Shown one piece after another: positions 20,251-29,913 of a stretch of DNA of 32,000 nucleotides; position 1 is the stretch's first letter, and the number at the start of each line of letters is the position of its first letter. Made by a program: the position numbers and the translations under genes. The stretch spans positions 1,410,001 through 1,442,000 of the forward strand of contig NC_002677.1 of NCBI RefSeq assembly GCF_000195855.1, written 5' to 3'. This DNA comes from Mycobacterium leprae TN. Its GTDB lineage: Bacteria > Actinomycetota > Actinomycetes > Mycobacteriales > Mycobacteriaceae. The notes under the pieces were generated by a model. That model searched no databases and had not been told where the DNA came from. It worked only from the letters and a program-made list of their open reading frames with translations.

Positions 20251-21279
20251 TCGACAGGTAACCCCGACCCCGTGCTGTCTATCTATTGCGGCCGTCCGGT
20301 TACAGGACAGTTCGCGCGGTCGTGTAATGTTATAGTGAATCTACTATGTAGTCGGCACTGGACCGCTACAACCCGTTGTCTTCACCGCAGCCAGCGTCCC
20401 TGTCCGATCATCTCGCGGTAACTAGTGGAGTGCTGGATCGCATAGAGCAGGAGCTCGGCACACACCGGCGTCTCGGTGAACGGGTAGCCGTCGAGGATCC
20501 GAGCTGGTTAAACTTTTGGGATCTTCTTGTGAAGCCGGGTCTTTCTGTTGAATCGGTGCATGTGGATGATGACATGGCTCGTGAAGTGGGCCGCAATGTG
20601 CGTAACGTGGTCTTCTCTAGTAGAGTGCAAAATGTGACCGGCAGGATGCTCATCCGCAGATCGTGCCGGTGCACTACGTAACCTGACGCAACCCTGTTGG
20701 CCGGCCCGGTTCGACGACCTGCTGGTTATAGAGGGCGGCCACTGCGCGGGTTTTTCGGGGCTCCGCTGTGCTTTACACGTTGACCGGATTCACCAAGCAC
20801 TGCGATTTTGTAGCCAGTGTCTAGAGCTGGCGGACCGAACCTGCTGGTTGCCGTGCTGGCCGGAGACCACCGCACGTCGAATGAGCACACGGGCGACTGT
20901 GGCTTGGATTGGGCTGGGTGAGTCACCTCGGGATTGTATATAGCTGGCCGTTATTTGTGGTTTGATCAGGCGGCGACCCGCCTCATCTATTGTAGTCTAG
21001 GAGCGCTACGCCAATAACCGAATCCGACTGCGTACCGCGCTGGACGAGCGCGACGTCACTGTTTACGGCCGACCCGGGCTCAATGTTTGGATCATGGTAC
21101 CCGACGAGGCGGTTTCGATCACCCGGCTACTTGACAGCGGTTGGGTCGCGGCGCCGGAAACACACTTCCGGATTCGCGCCGGCCCGGGCATGCGGATCAT
21201 ACTAGCCGACCTGACGGCCGACGAGATCGAGCCGTTTAGCGACGACGCAATCGCACACCAAGGGTGGCCCAGCATCTAA
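20208..21279 (+). pseudogene. Class I/II-fold PLP-dependent aminotransferase-like protein (MocR-type catalytic domain; no HTH seen), decayed
   Basis: Plus-strand fragments are ARDLSTGNPDPVL, LGERVAVEDPSWLNFWDLLVKPGLSVESVHVDDD, NVVFSSRVQNVTG, GWVSHL, and a C-terminal ERYANNRIRLRTALDERDVTVYGRPGLNVWIMVPDEAVSITRLLDSGWVAAPETHFRIRAGPGMRIILADLTADEIEPFSDDAIA. TAA is at 21277-21279. There are many frame changes and stops in between. Confidence 0.6.
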
Positions 21280-21483
21280 CTTAAGCGGGCCAGTGGCGAT
21301 ACGTGGGGTGGGGTTGGGGCCAAAGAACACCGATTGACCGTCGTCCGGTAAGATAAAAATGATTCTAGGACATCGCGATTGTGTACCACCGAGTAGTCCT
21401 AGTCGCGCACAATCACGAACGAATATGTCGGTAGTTCAGTGGTTTTGACGCCGACGATCGGCGAATCTCAGGCCAATATCAGA

Positions 21484-22437
21484 TCACATTGATCGGTACA
21501 GTCTTGCATCGATGCCCAGGTTGGTGGAGATCACAAACTGGTTGTGGCGCATCATGATTTCGTGTTGTTCTTCGTCGTAGTCAACGACGAGGTTCACCAG
21601 AGCCTCGTCTACGGCCAAGATCTTCTCGATCACTATCCAAGCGTTCGTGCCGAGCAGCTCCTTACAACAATGCAAATAACGATAGGGATTTGACAGACCG
21701 TAGAGGTAGTCGATGAGCACGCCGTCAACAAGTCCTTCGGTGAAGCAGTGCGCGACTTAGGTATGGCTTGTGTCGAACACCGTGCGGTCTTCTTCCCTCA
21801 GCCCAGCCAGTCAGGTGATCGCACAGAAAACGATGATAACCGCAGAACTCGCTCCATCGCCCTATCAGCCGATAGTGTGGGCGGTCATGCATATGCGCAC
21901 CGCTGTCAATGTCGGTGCAGGGCTGGTGCTGGGGGTGGTGGGCAATGCTAGGTCGCCCAGCAGTAAACCCCGTCGACTTTCCGGTCGCCAGCCAACATTA
22001 TCGTCATATACCAACAGGGCAGCACGATTCGACAGCGATCTTGGTCAAGATCCAGATCGATATCGAAGAAAGTTGCATAGGAGGAATACCGATTGTGCCG
22101 TAAGACGTCTCAACTACAATGTGTTATGCTCAGGTTTGCTGCTTCCCACGTGGTTGGGCACGATGTCGACGACCAAAGGCCCTACCTCGCGGCGAGGCCG
22201 ACATTTGCCCCAGGCCAATAGATATCGCCGAGTTCCGCGGAAACCGTCGTCGGTTCGGTGACATCGAACCCGTCCCTGGACTCGTGAACCGCGGTCGTAA
22301 TAGGGTAGGAACAGATACGTCACCCCGAGCTCGTCGAAATAGTACAGCAGGTCTTCGGTAGTGGCGAAGGTGAACCTGAATCCGCGGGACGAACTGTGCA
22401 GCTTCAACCGATAGATGGAAAGAACCGGAAAAGCTAT
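21484..22437 (-). pseudogene. treY: Maltooligosyltrehalose synthase, N-terminal ~40% only, with stops and frameshifts
   Basis: Minus-strand fragments are FPVLSIYRLKLHSSSRGFRFTFATTEDLLYYFDELGVTYLFL, LVVDIVPNHVGSSKPEHN, ITSLAGLREEDRTVFDTSH, ARCFTEGLVDGVLIDYLYGLSNPYRYLHCCKELLGTNAWIVIEKILAVDEAL. No usable start codon lies upstream of the conserved N-terminus (ATA at 22435-22437). I could not recognise sequence below about 21480 as TreY. Confidence 0.75.
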
Positions 22438-22440
22438 GTT

Positions 22441-24600
22441 TCAGGACGTCTTACGGAGGACCAATAGCGGTCGTGCTGGAATTGAGATTTTTTGTTCGAC
22501 TGTCACCACCAGGTTGGTGTCACCGGCGATGTCGTTGGTGTCCAGCTTAAGGGTCCACTCTTGCTAGTAGTCGTGCAGCGTGACGAACTCCATGTCATGG
22601 TCATGAGCTTTGAAGCACAAGAGAAATGAAGTGTCGGCCTTCAGCTGACCGCGGGCATTGGGTGCAGTATATGGTGTAACCATTGAGAAACACCGCCAAG
22701 TACTTATCGAAGCCCCTGCTCCAATCCTCGTGTATCATCCTTTGGGACGGTCGGTGTCAACCAGGCGATAGGGCGGACTTGGTCACCACTGCGGATTGGT
22801 TGCTTCTTGAAAAACGGCGACGACGAAACGCCGGATGCTGCTTGCAGCATATATGTCGCTTTCCGCGTAAAAGCAAGCAAGTCGGTATTCGTGTAGACTA
22901 ATGACTATTTATCCAAAATAATTCGGATTCCTGGGAATACACGTTGCTGGTGCCCAGTTGGTTACGTTCTATATCGTCGCTGTGTGCGATCATGGGTGTT
23001 ACCCGGCTAAACATCAAAGTGACCAACATGTTGTGCATTTGGCGAATGCGCAGCGCCAGGATTTCGGGGTCGTTGCTAGTTCTTGTGACGCTGCAATTCC
23101 ACGAGCTGTTATGATTTTTGTTGCTGTTGTCTTAGCCGTTGGCTTTGTTGTGTTTCTCGTTGTATGACGACCAAGTTGTTGAGCGTGAATCCATTGTGCG
23201 GTTGACGAAGTTGATACTGGCGCTGGGGCGATAGCCGGTAGCTTTGTAGAGGTCCGACGGCCCGGCCAGTCGGGAGGCGAACTCATTCACGGGTGGCCGG
23301 CTCGCCTCGCCAGTAGTCGTGCACAGTATAGCGGTATTTTTTGTTCTATTCGGTCCATAACCCTGGGAAATTGCCTACCTGGTAACCCATCTGTTGATGT
23401 CTTACGGCTCGGCGATCAACTTGATCCTAGTTGACTACAGGATCCTGTTGCACCAGATTGAAGAACGCTGACAGCCGGTTGACATCGTAGAACTCACGGG
23501 CCAATGTAGACGCCAAGTCGAGCCAGAACCCGTCGATGTGCATTTCGAGTACCCAGTAGCGTAGCGAGTTTATGATCAGCTGTAGGGTGTGCGGGTGACA
23601 CGGGTATTGAGGCTGTTGCCGGTTCAGGTGAAGTCCTTGTAGAACCGCGCCTTCTCGTCGACAAGCCGGTAATAGGCGATGTTGTCGATACCGCGGAAGT
23701 TGATTTCGAGTCAAGATGATTTTCTTCAGCGGTGTGGTTCTAGCCTCCATTGAGGACGACCTCGATGTTGGCTTCATGCAGGCTGCGCACCATGGTTTTG
23801 AACTCGGCTACCGCACTGCGGTCTTGCAAATTAGACGCGTACAGGTAGTGCGGGGCGAGTAACCCGAATGGTGTTGTAGCCCGAAAAGTTTCACAAGCCT
23901 GGGTGCAGCAGCTGGTCGTACAGGAATTGGTTTATCGGTATCAATGCAAGAGTGGTGACGTTGAGCGACTTGAGGTGATCGATGATGCAGGGTGGGCTAG
24001 CCCGACGTAGGTGCCGCGGAGTTCTTCGTGGATGTTCGGGTGGGTCTGCTTAATCCGCCTTGACATGGCTTCGTAGATGACGGTCTCGTGGCAGGGGATG
24101 AACAGTGCTCGTCGAACACCTAGTCGAAGAACGGGTTGATCACCACGCTGGTCATGGTGTGGCCGAGTGAGTTAAACATTGGGGGAGTAGCCGTGGTCTG
24201 CTGAGTTGCTGTGCGGGTCAACAACGTCTACGTCGTAGAAAAACAGCCCCTGGCCGAACGTGAAATCACCGTGGAATGATTTCCCACACGGGTCGATCAG
24301 TAACTTGCTTGGGTCACATCCGGTGGCCGGCCCTCGGATCGAATGATCCGTGAACGCGAAATCTGTAGCGCTGGCGCAGGGCGATGTTCGGCAGATAGGC
24401 ATGTCAGATATAGCTGTCCACCTCGTCGAAAAGGGATCCGCTACTTGCTGCTGTCGTAGGTGATCAGCTACAAGTCAACTTTGTCGGCGATTTCGAATAA
24501 CAGTGAAAAGTTGATGTCAGCGCCGTCATAAGTCTCCTTAAGCGGATAGACGGTGCACGGCCACACGGTAGGTAACGTCGGCTCGCGCGCTGCGTCCGAA
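22441..24600 (-). pseudogene. treX: Glycogen debranching enzyme GlgX/TreX, full length but riddled with stops and frameshifts
   Basis: Minus-strand fragments from the N- to C-terminus are [119 protein letters not shown], and SFLLCFKAHDHDMEFVTLHDY*QEWTLKLDTNDIAGDTNLVVTVEQKISIPARPLLVLRKTS*. The terminal TGA is at 22441-22443. Confidence 0.8.
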
Positions 24601-24678
24601 CGTGCCAAAGCTGTGGCCGGATTGTTCCACGACATTAATCGACTTTATCCGTTTTGGGGTTGGTCCTGGGCGCGTTGG

Positions 24679-26880
24679 CTACCACCAACCTGTGTTTTCT
24701 GCAATCTGTCGGCCGAGTTCGTCGGCCAGGGTGCGCACATAGGTGGGGGATAGGTGGTGAGTGCCATGGTAGATCAGCACGTTCCCTTCGACCGCGCGGC
24801 AGATGTCTGGGCGGCAGATAGCGTCGGACATATCAAGTGGTTTCAGTAGTGAGAACTGCGCGACGAAATTCAGAGTGGGATTGCGATCGGCCAACACGTT
24901 GGAACGCTTGATTCCGCACGACACCGCGTTGCCGCCCTTGGCCAGGCAGTCCGCTGGATTGGATGGTTGGCCATTTTTGACTAGCCACGGAGTGTCCCGC
25001 ATGGCGAGGATGGGAATGTTGTTGTCGGACAAAGCTTGCCAGATGCCAAGGTAGGTTGCTGGCATAACGTCGCCGGGTTTGGTATTCCACGGTCGGGTCG
25101 ACGTAGTGAACACATAGTCGGGACGGTCGGAGAACAACTTGGTCATCGTCGTTTGCACCCACTCCCGGCACTGTGGGTACGGTGTGTTGTTGCCCATGAT
25201 CAGTGGGACATGTTCAGTGGACAACGGGCAACCCATTTTGAGATAGGTCACCACTTTGAAGTGGTGCAGCTGCCCAAGCACGTCCAGCGCAGGTAGCCAG
25301 TGTTCTGCGTGCGACCCGCCCGCTAGCGCGATGGTTCGGTTGGCACTGGCATCGCCGTAGGTACAGTTGACCACGGCCGGGTTGACGAAGTCACTGATGC
25401 AGCCGTCTCGAGTGGAGGCTGGCAGGTCGTCCTTGATTTCCAGGACAGTGGGCCGCATCGGCAGGGTGGGTACTCGCGCGTGGGCGGTCAGGGCACGCGC
25501 ACCCGGATAGTCTTGGGCATTAAGGGCGCTGAGTTCCTTGCCGGTGGCGCGCAAAACGATGACGTGCTGGCGCCAGGTGAATGAGGTTGCGGTCAGCGCG
25601 ACACCCAGCAACACCACCATTGATCCCAACGCTATCGTCGACCTGTGCAAGCGTAACTGCCAGGCGGCAGCCCGTGCGGGCGACGGATATTCGGTGTTGG
25701 CGAGTGTGCGGTACCGTAGCGGGTTCTCGATGAGCCGGGTGGTCAGGTAAGCCAGCAATCCGGACACCAACAGCAGTGCGGCGCCTTCGACGAAATTGGC
25801 GTGGTGGTGGCCAGTATAGGATAGCCAGAAGATCAGCAGCGGCCAGTGCCACAGGTACAGCGTGTACGCTATTGTACCCAATGCCACCAGTGGTGCGGTT
25901 GCCAGCAATCGATTGGGTAGTGGCATGCTGGCACTAGTACCGGGCCGGCTCTGCCGGTTGGCTCCGGCAAGGATCAGCAGCATTGCAGCCCCTACGGGCA
26001 CTAGGGCCCACGGGCCGGGAAATTCTTTGACACCATTGATCAAGGCTCCGCATGACAGGATCGCCGCCAGCGCGACGGTGGCGACTACAGTGCGTAGCCA
26101 GGCCGGCCAGCGAATATAGGGTACTGCTGCGCCGACAAGCGCTCCTAGCAGCAATTCCCAGGCGCGCGCGAAGCTGTTGTAATAAGCTGTAGTTTGGTTT
26201 GCCTGATGAGCAAAGGTTGCGTAAATGAATGACGCGATCATCAATGCGCCTAGCAGCACCACGAACATTATCCGCAGCTGGGTACCCAGCGGGCGCCTAA
26301 ATAGGTAGGCGCATCCGGCAACCAGCAGCAGGAAGGCGATGTCGAACTGCCCCTGCACGGACATTGACCAGATGTGCTGTAACGGGCTTACAGCTTCGCC
26401 CGCCTTCAGATAGCTGGATTCGGTACCGACCAACTCCCAATTCTGATAGTAGCCCAGACTGGCTAGGCTCTGGTCGGCGAATGTCTCCCAGCGAGTCTGT
26501 GGTTGCATCACGACGGTGAGCAGCGCGCAGCCGGTGAGCACCACTACCAGAGCCGGAAGAAGTCGACGGACCAGCCGGATTATTTCGGCTACCGGCGACA
26601 ACGAGGGGACCGGGTTCAGCGCGGCGCGAAGGATTTTGCCGCCGAAGAAGAAGCCGGACATCGCCAGCAACACATCCACGCCGCCGGACACCCGACCGAA
26701 CCACACGTGGAATATGGCCACCAACGCGATCGCGATGCCGCGCAAGCCGTCGAGATCGTGACGATAGAATATCGTGAACACCGCAGTGCGCCCCTCCAGA
26801 GGAACGGGCTTTGCGGTGGCTACCAGTAGGGAAGCCGGTGACAGGGTCTGCATGATTGACCGCCAATTTACCGAAGACAA
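24679..26880 (-). CDS. sucT: Membrane acyltransferase_3 (AT3) domain fused to a C-terminal SGNH-like domain; Rv1565c-type arabinan succinyltransferase
   Basis: The intact 733-aa ORF has the N-terminal AT3 signature (RHDLDGLRGIAIALVAIFHVWFG) and about 10 hydrophobic helices. These are followed by one more TM segment and a roughly 290-aa soluble domain. The start is ambiguous: TTG 26880 is preceded by GAAGGAGG, and ATG 26853 is the alternative. Confidence 0.88.
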   Translation of the reverse strand: MSSVNWRSIMQTLSPASLLVATAKPVPLEGRTAVFTIFYRHDLDGLRGIAIALVAIFHVWFGRVSGGVDVLLAMSGFFFGGKILRAALNPVPSLSPVAEIIRLVRRLLPALVVVLTGCALLTVVMQPQTRWETFADQSLASLGYYQNWELVGTESSYLKAGEAVSPLQHIWSMSVQGQFDIAFLLLVAGCAYLFRRPLGTQLRIMFVVLLGALMIASFIYATFAHQANQTTAYYNSFARAWELLLGALVGAAVPYIRWPAWLRTVVATVALAAILSCGALINGVKEFPGPWALVPVGAAMLLILAGANRQSRPGTSASMPLPNRLLATAPLVALGTIAYTLYLWHWPLLIFWLSYTGHHHANFVEGAALLLVSGLLAYLTTRLIENPLRYRTLANTEYPSPARAAAWQLRLHRSTIALGSMVVLLGVALTATSFTWRQHVIVLRATGKELSALNAQDYPGARALTAHARVPTLPMRPTVLEIKDDLPASTRDGCISDFVNPAVVNCTYGDASANRTIALAGGSHAEHWLPALDVLGQLHHFKVVTYLKMGCPLSTEHVPLIMGNNTPYPQCREWVQTTMTKLFSDRPDYVFTTSTRPWNTKPGDVMPATYLGIWQALSDNNIPILAMRDTPWLVKNGQPSNPADCLAKGGNAVSCGIKRSNVLADRNPTLNFVAQFSLLKPLDMSDAICRPDICRAVEGNVLIYHGTHHLSPTYVRTLADELGRQIAENTGWW

Positions 26881-27009
26881 CCACCTCCTTCGGAGTGTGC
26901 GTGCTGCAGGGAAGGCGGCTCAGCGGATTCGTTGACCATTCGATGCCGTCACCAAGGGAGCAGATGGCTAACTTCGGTAGCTTAACAAGCCCCCGTTGGT
27001 TGGATAGGG

Positions 27010-27648
27010 CTACCGCGCGGTACTGACTGGAACGGGTCGTACTGGCACCTGCAAGGGCATGTGCTGCAAGGGTGCACGATGCGTTGGCGTTTGCTGCGGT
27101 GCCGGCAGAGTTGGCACTTGCTGCAGGGGTGCTTGCGGCACTGATGTCGGTTGGGTCCCGAGAACCCGAACCAGGTAGGGTGCCATGCCGTTGCTGCGTA
27201 CTGGCGACACTTGGACGACTTCGCCGACCTCCACCATCTTCTCGTCGCCCAAATATAGCGTAACGCTTTCGGTGCCTTCGGGACCGTAAAAGATCAGGTC
27301 GCCTCGGCGTGCGTGCCGCGGTAGCACCTTCTGGCCGACTTTGTACATTTCGCCGGACGAGCGTGGAAGCTTGAGTCCGGCGCCGGCGTAGGCGTACTGG
27401 ATCAGGCCCGAGGCGTCGAAGCCGACAGTGTTGCTACCGGTACCGGTGCCGCGAGTGGGGCCACTAACACCGCCGCCGGCCCAGGAGAACGGCACGCCGC
27501 GCTGCGCGAGAGCCCGTTGGACGACGGTGTCGATAGTTTGCTGGTAGTCCGCTGTCCTGGTGCCGGAGTCAGCGTACGCGAGACTGCAGGTGAGTATCGA
27601 GGTTACTAGCATTGCTAGGCCGGTCACGAAGGTGTAGATGCGATTCAT
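27010..27648 (-). CDS. ripD: Secreted NlpC/P60-domain protein lacking the catalytic Cys (RipD, Rv1566c-like)
   Basis: The ORF is intact. ATG 27648 gives the signal peptide MNRIYTFVTGLAMLVTSILTCSLAYA. In the NlpC/P60 core FSWAGGG...GFDASGLIQYAY, the usual DCSG is DASG. GDLIFYG...VTLYLG lacks the catalytic His. The C-terminal tail is Pro/Gln-rich. Confidence 0.85.
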   Translation of the reverse strand: MNRIYTFVTGLAMLVTSILTCSLAYADSGTRTADYQQTIDTVVQRALAQRGVPFSWAGGGVSGPTRGTGTGSNTVGFDASGLIQYAYAGAGLKLPRSSGEMYKVGQKVLPRHARRGDLIFYGPEGTESVTLYLGDEKMVEVGEVVQVSPVRSNGMAPYLVRVLGTQPTSVPQAPLQQVPTLPAPQQTPTHRAPLQHMPLQVPVRPVPVSTAR

Positions 27649-28596
27649 TGGATACCAATCTTCTTGGCGGTCAAGGGCGTTTTGGGCCTCAGCGCCGTGC
27701 TTTCGCGCATCGGCTGCTATTTCATGACTCACGCGAGGCTTACCCGCTGGGGTTGAGCGCCGCATGCCGCATGGGAACGTGAATCACCACTGAGTCACAT
27801 CAGTCACTACTGTAACTTTTACAGCAGAAATTGCCGGTGGCCCACAAGCTTAGGTCGTTCACCAAGGATTTTTTGTCGTAACGTGACCGGACGGTAACTG
27901 GCACGCTTAATTTTGCTTGCAAAGCTGTAAATTCGGTTAACCATACACTCGTACGTGTTGTCACACCGTGTGGCGAATTACCACAGTGGCGCCGTCAGAG
28001 CCAATAACGTTCGCTGAAGGTGGTCATTAGGGAACCGGCCGCAACGCTGACTAGCAGGATGGTGAACGACAAGATCGGTCAGAAGGACATTATTACCAGC
28101 CCTTCAAGAGGGACACGAAGGACTCGATGTTGGCCGCGGCGATCGCCGCACCGCTATCCCCCACGCCACCGGAAGTATCTACACACCGATTCCGTATGAC
28201 ACCTGTCCGTCCGCAAATACTTGCTGGGCACACCGTCGTGACGAAACCTAGTATAGCTGTGCTGGCCAATCAATATGGCTCCGTGGTGGTCAGAACGACT
28301 AGCAGCGTCCACAGCGTGACTGGGCAAGTTTAGGCTCTAGACGGCCAACCGCAACCGGAGTGTCCGTGCTGGCTGGTCGCTGCAGGTATCGGCGTCATCG
28401 CAATTGTAGCCAGCCGTTGGCGCCCGGCCGGTCGTCGATCTCGTCGGTTGTAAATGGGTCTTGGAACCGATGCGGCGTAGCCATGACGTCCAATGCTCCA
28501 CGATTGTCGGGGTTTGCGCGACCCACAGCAGGACGGCTCGAGACGGTTCGGGTATGACCCCGGCTAATCCGCCTTCTTGCTTTACCCTCGATCTTT

Positions 28597-29907
28597 ATGT
28601 CTGGGGCGACTTCCGGGTTGACGCCTGAGCAGATCGGCGCGATCGATGCCGCCCATCTGTGGCATCCCTACAGCACCATTGGTGCTGCTACCGGCGTTAT
28701 ACCACCTGTGGTCGCGGTCGCCGCTCACGGCGCATGGCTGACGCTGATCCGCGACGGCAAGCCGATCGAGGCGCTCGACGCGATGAGCTCTTGGTGGACC
28801 GCGATCCATGGTCACGGCCACTCAGTGTTGGACGCGGCGCTGACTACCCAACTGGGTGCGATGAATCACGTCATGTTTGGCGGATTGACTCACGAACCTG
28901 CGGCCCGGTTGGCGCAGTTGCTGGTGGACATCACCCCGGCGGGTTTGGAGACGGTCTTCTTCAGCGACTCCGGGTCGGTTTCAGTGCAGGTCGCGGTGAA
29001 GATGGCGTTGCAGTACTGGCGCAGCCGCGGTCAGCCGGCTAAGCGGCGGCTGATGACCTGGCGTGGTGGCTACCATGGGGACACCTTGACGCCGATGAGT
29101 ATCTGCGACCCCGATGGCGGCATGCACTCGCTGTGGACTGACATTTTGGCGCGGCAGGTGTTTGCCCCGCAGGTGCCCCGCGACTACGACCCTGCCTACA
29201 GTAAGGCCTTTGAGACGCAGCTGGCGCAGCACACCCCCGAACTTGCGGCTGTGGTCGTCGAGCCGGTAGTGCAGGGCGCCGGTGGGATGCGTTTCCACGA
29301 CCCACGGTATTTGTGTGATGTGCGCGACATATGCCGGCGGCACGACGTGTTGTTGATTTTCGACGAGATCGCGACTGGCTTCGGGCGTACCGGTGAGCTT
29401 TTCGCCGCAGACCACTGCGGGGTGAGCCCGGACATCATGTGTGTCGGCAAAGCCCTCACCGGCGGATACCTGAGCTTGGCCGCCACCTTGTGCACAACCG
29501 ATATCGCACACGCCATAAGCGTCGGTGCGGCCGGCGCGCTGATGCATGGACCCACGTTCATGGCCAATCCTCTGGCCTGTGCCGTGTCGGTGGCCAGCGT
29601 CGAGGTGCTTCTGGGCCAGGACTGGAGGTCCCGCGTTGCCGAAATATCGGCTGGCCTAACAGCTGGGCTCGAAGCTGCCCAGGGTTTACCCGGTGTGATC
29701 GATGTGCGTGTGTGCGGTGCTATCGGCGTTATCGAATGCGACCGGTCGGTCGACCTGGCCGTTGCCACCCCGGCGGCGTTGGACCGACGTGTTTGGCTGC
29801 GTCCGTTCCGGAATCTGGTTTATGCAATGCCGCCATATATTTGCCCGCCGGCCGAGATCGCCCAGATCACCTCCGCGATGGTCGAAGTCGCGGGACTCGT
29901 AGGCTGA
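28597..29907 (+). CDS. bioA: Adenosylmethionine-8-amino-7-oxononanoate aminotransferase
   Basis: The intact 436-aa ORF is a class III aminotransferase. Motifs present are [38 protein letters not shown], and the PLP lysine in [11 protein letters not shown]. Confidence 0.97.
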   Translation: MSGATSGLTPEQIGAIDAAHLWHPYSTIGAATGVIPPVVAVAAHGAWLTLIRDGKPIEALDAMSSWWTAIHGHGHSVLDAALTTQLGAMNHVMFGGLTHEPAARLAQLLVDITPAGLETVFFSDSGSVSVQVAVKMALQYWRSRGQPAKRRLMTWRGGYHGDTLTPMSICDPDGGMHSLWTDILARQVFAPQVPRDYDPAYSKAFETQLAQHTPELAAVVVEPVVQGAGGMRFHDPRYLCDVRDICRRHDVLLIFDEIATGFGRTGELFAADHCGVSPDIMCVGKALTGGYLSLAATLCTTDIAHAISVGAAGALMHGPTFMANPLACAVSVASVEVLLGQDWRSRVAEISAGLTAGLEAAQGLPGVIDVRVCGAIGVIECDRSVDLAVATPAALDRRVWLRPFRNLVYAMPPYICPPAEIAQITSAMVEVAGLVG

Positions 29908-29913
29908 AGGCCC

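Noticed and set aside
19535-21480. The expected vapB11/vapC11 toxin-antitoxin pair and treZ, based on H37Rv gene order.
   Set aside because: I found no PIN-domain, VapB-like or TreZ-like reading in any frame. The interval is better explained by the PNPOx-like and aminotransferase-like remnants.
27649-27765. N-terminal extension of the ripD ORF (MRRSTPAGKPRVSHEIAADARKHG...), and the analogous extensions of the ansA (6955-7056) and rluD (7678-7752) ORFs.
   Set aside because: The extensions precede a clear signal peptide or a conserved N-terminus, have atypical composition, and for ansA would overlap the divergent lspA gene.
27649-27960. A possible ydaO / c-di-AMP riboswitch in the ripD 5' region (GGUGAUUCAC ... 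CGCUCAACCCCAGCGGGUAAGCCUCGCG), since ydaO elements precede cell-wall hydrolase genes in Actinobacteria.
   Set aside because: Only fragmentary resemblance to the ydaO consensus blocks was seen, the blocks are in the wrong order, and I could not build the pseudo-symmetric fold. A cmscan with RF00379 would settle it.
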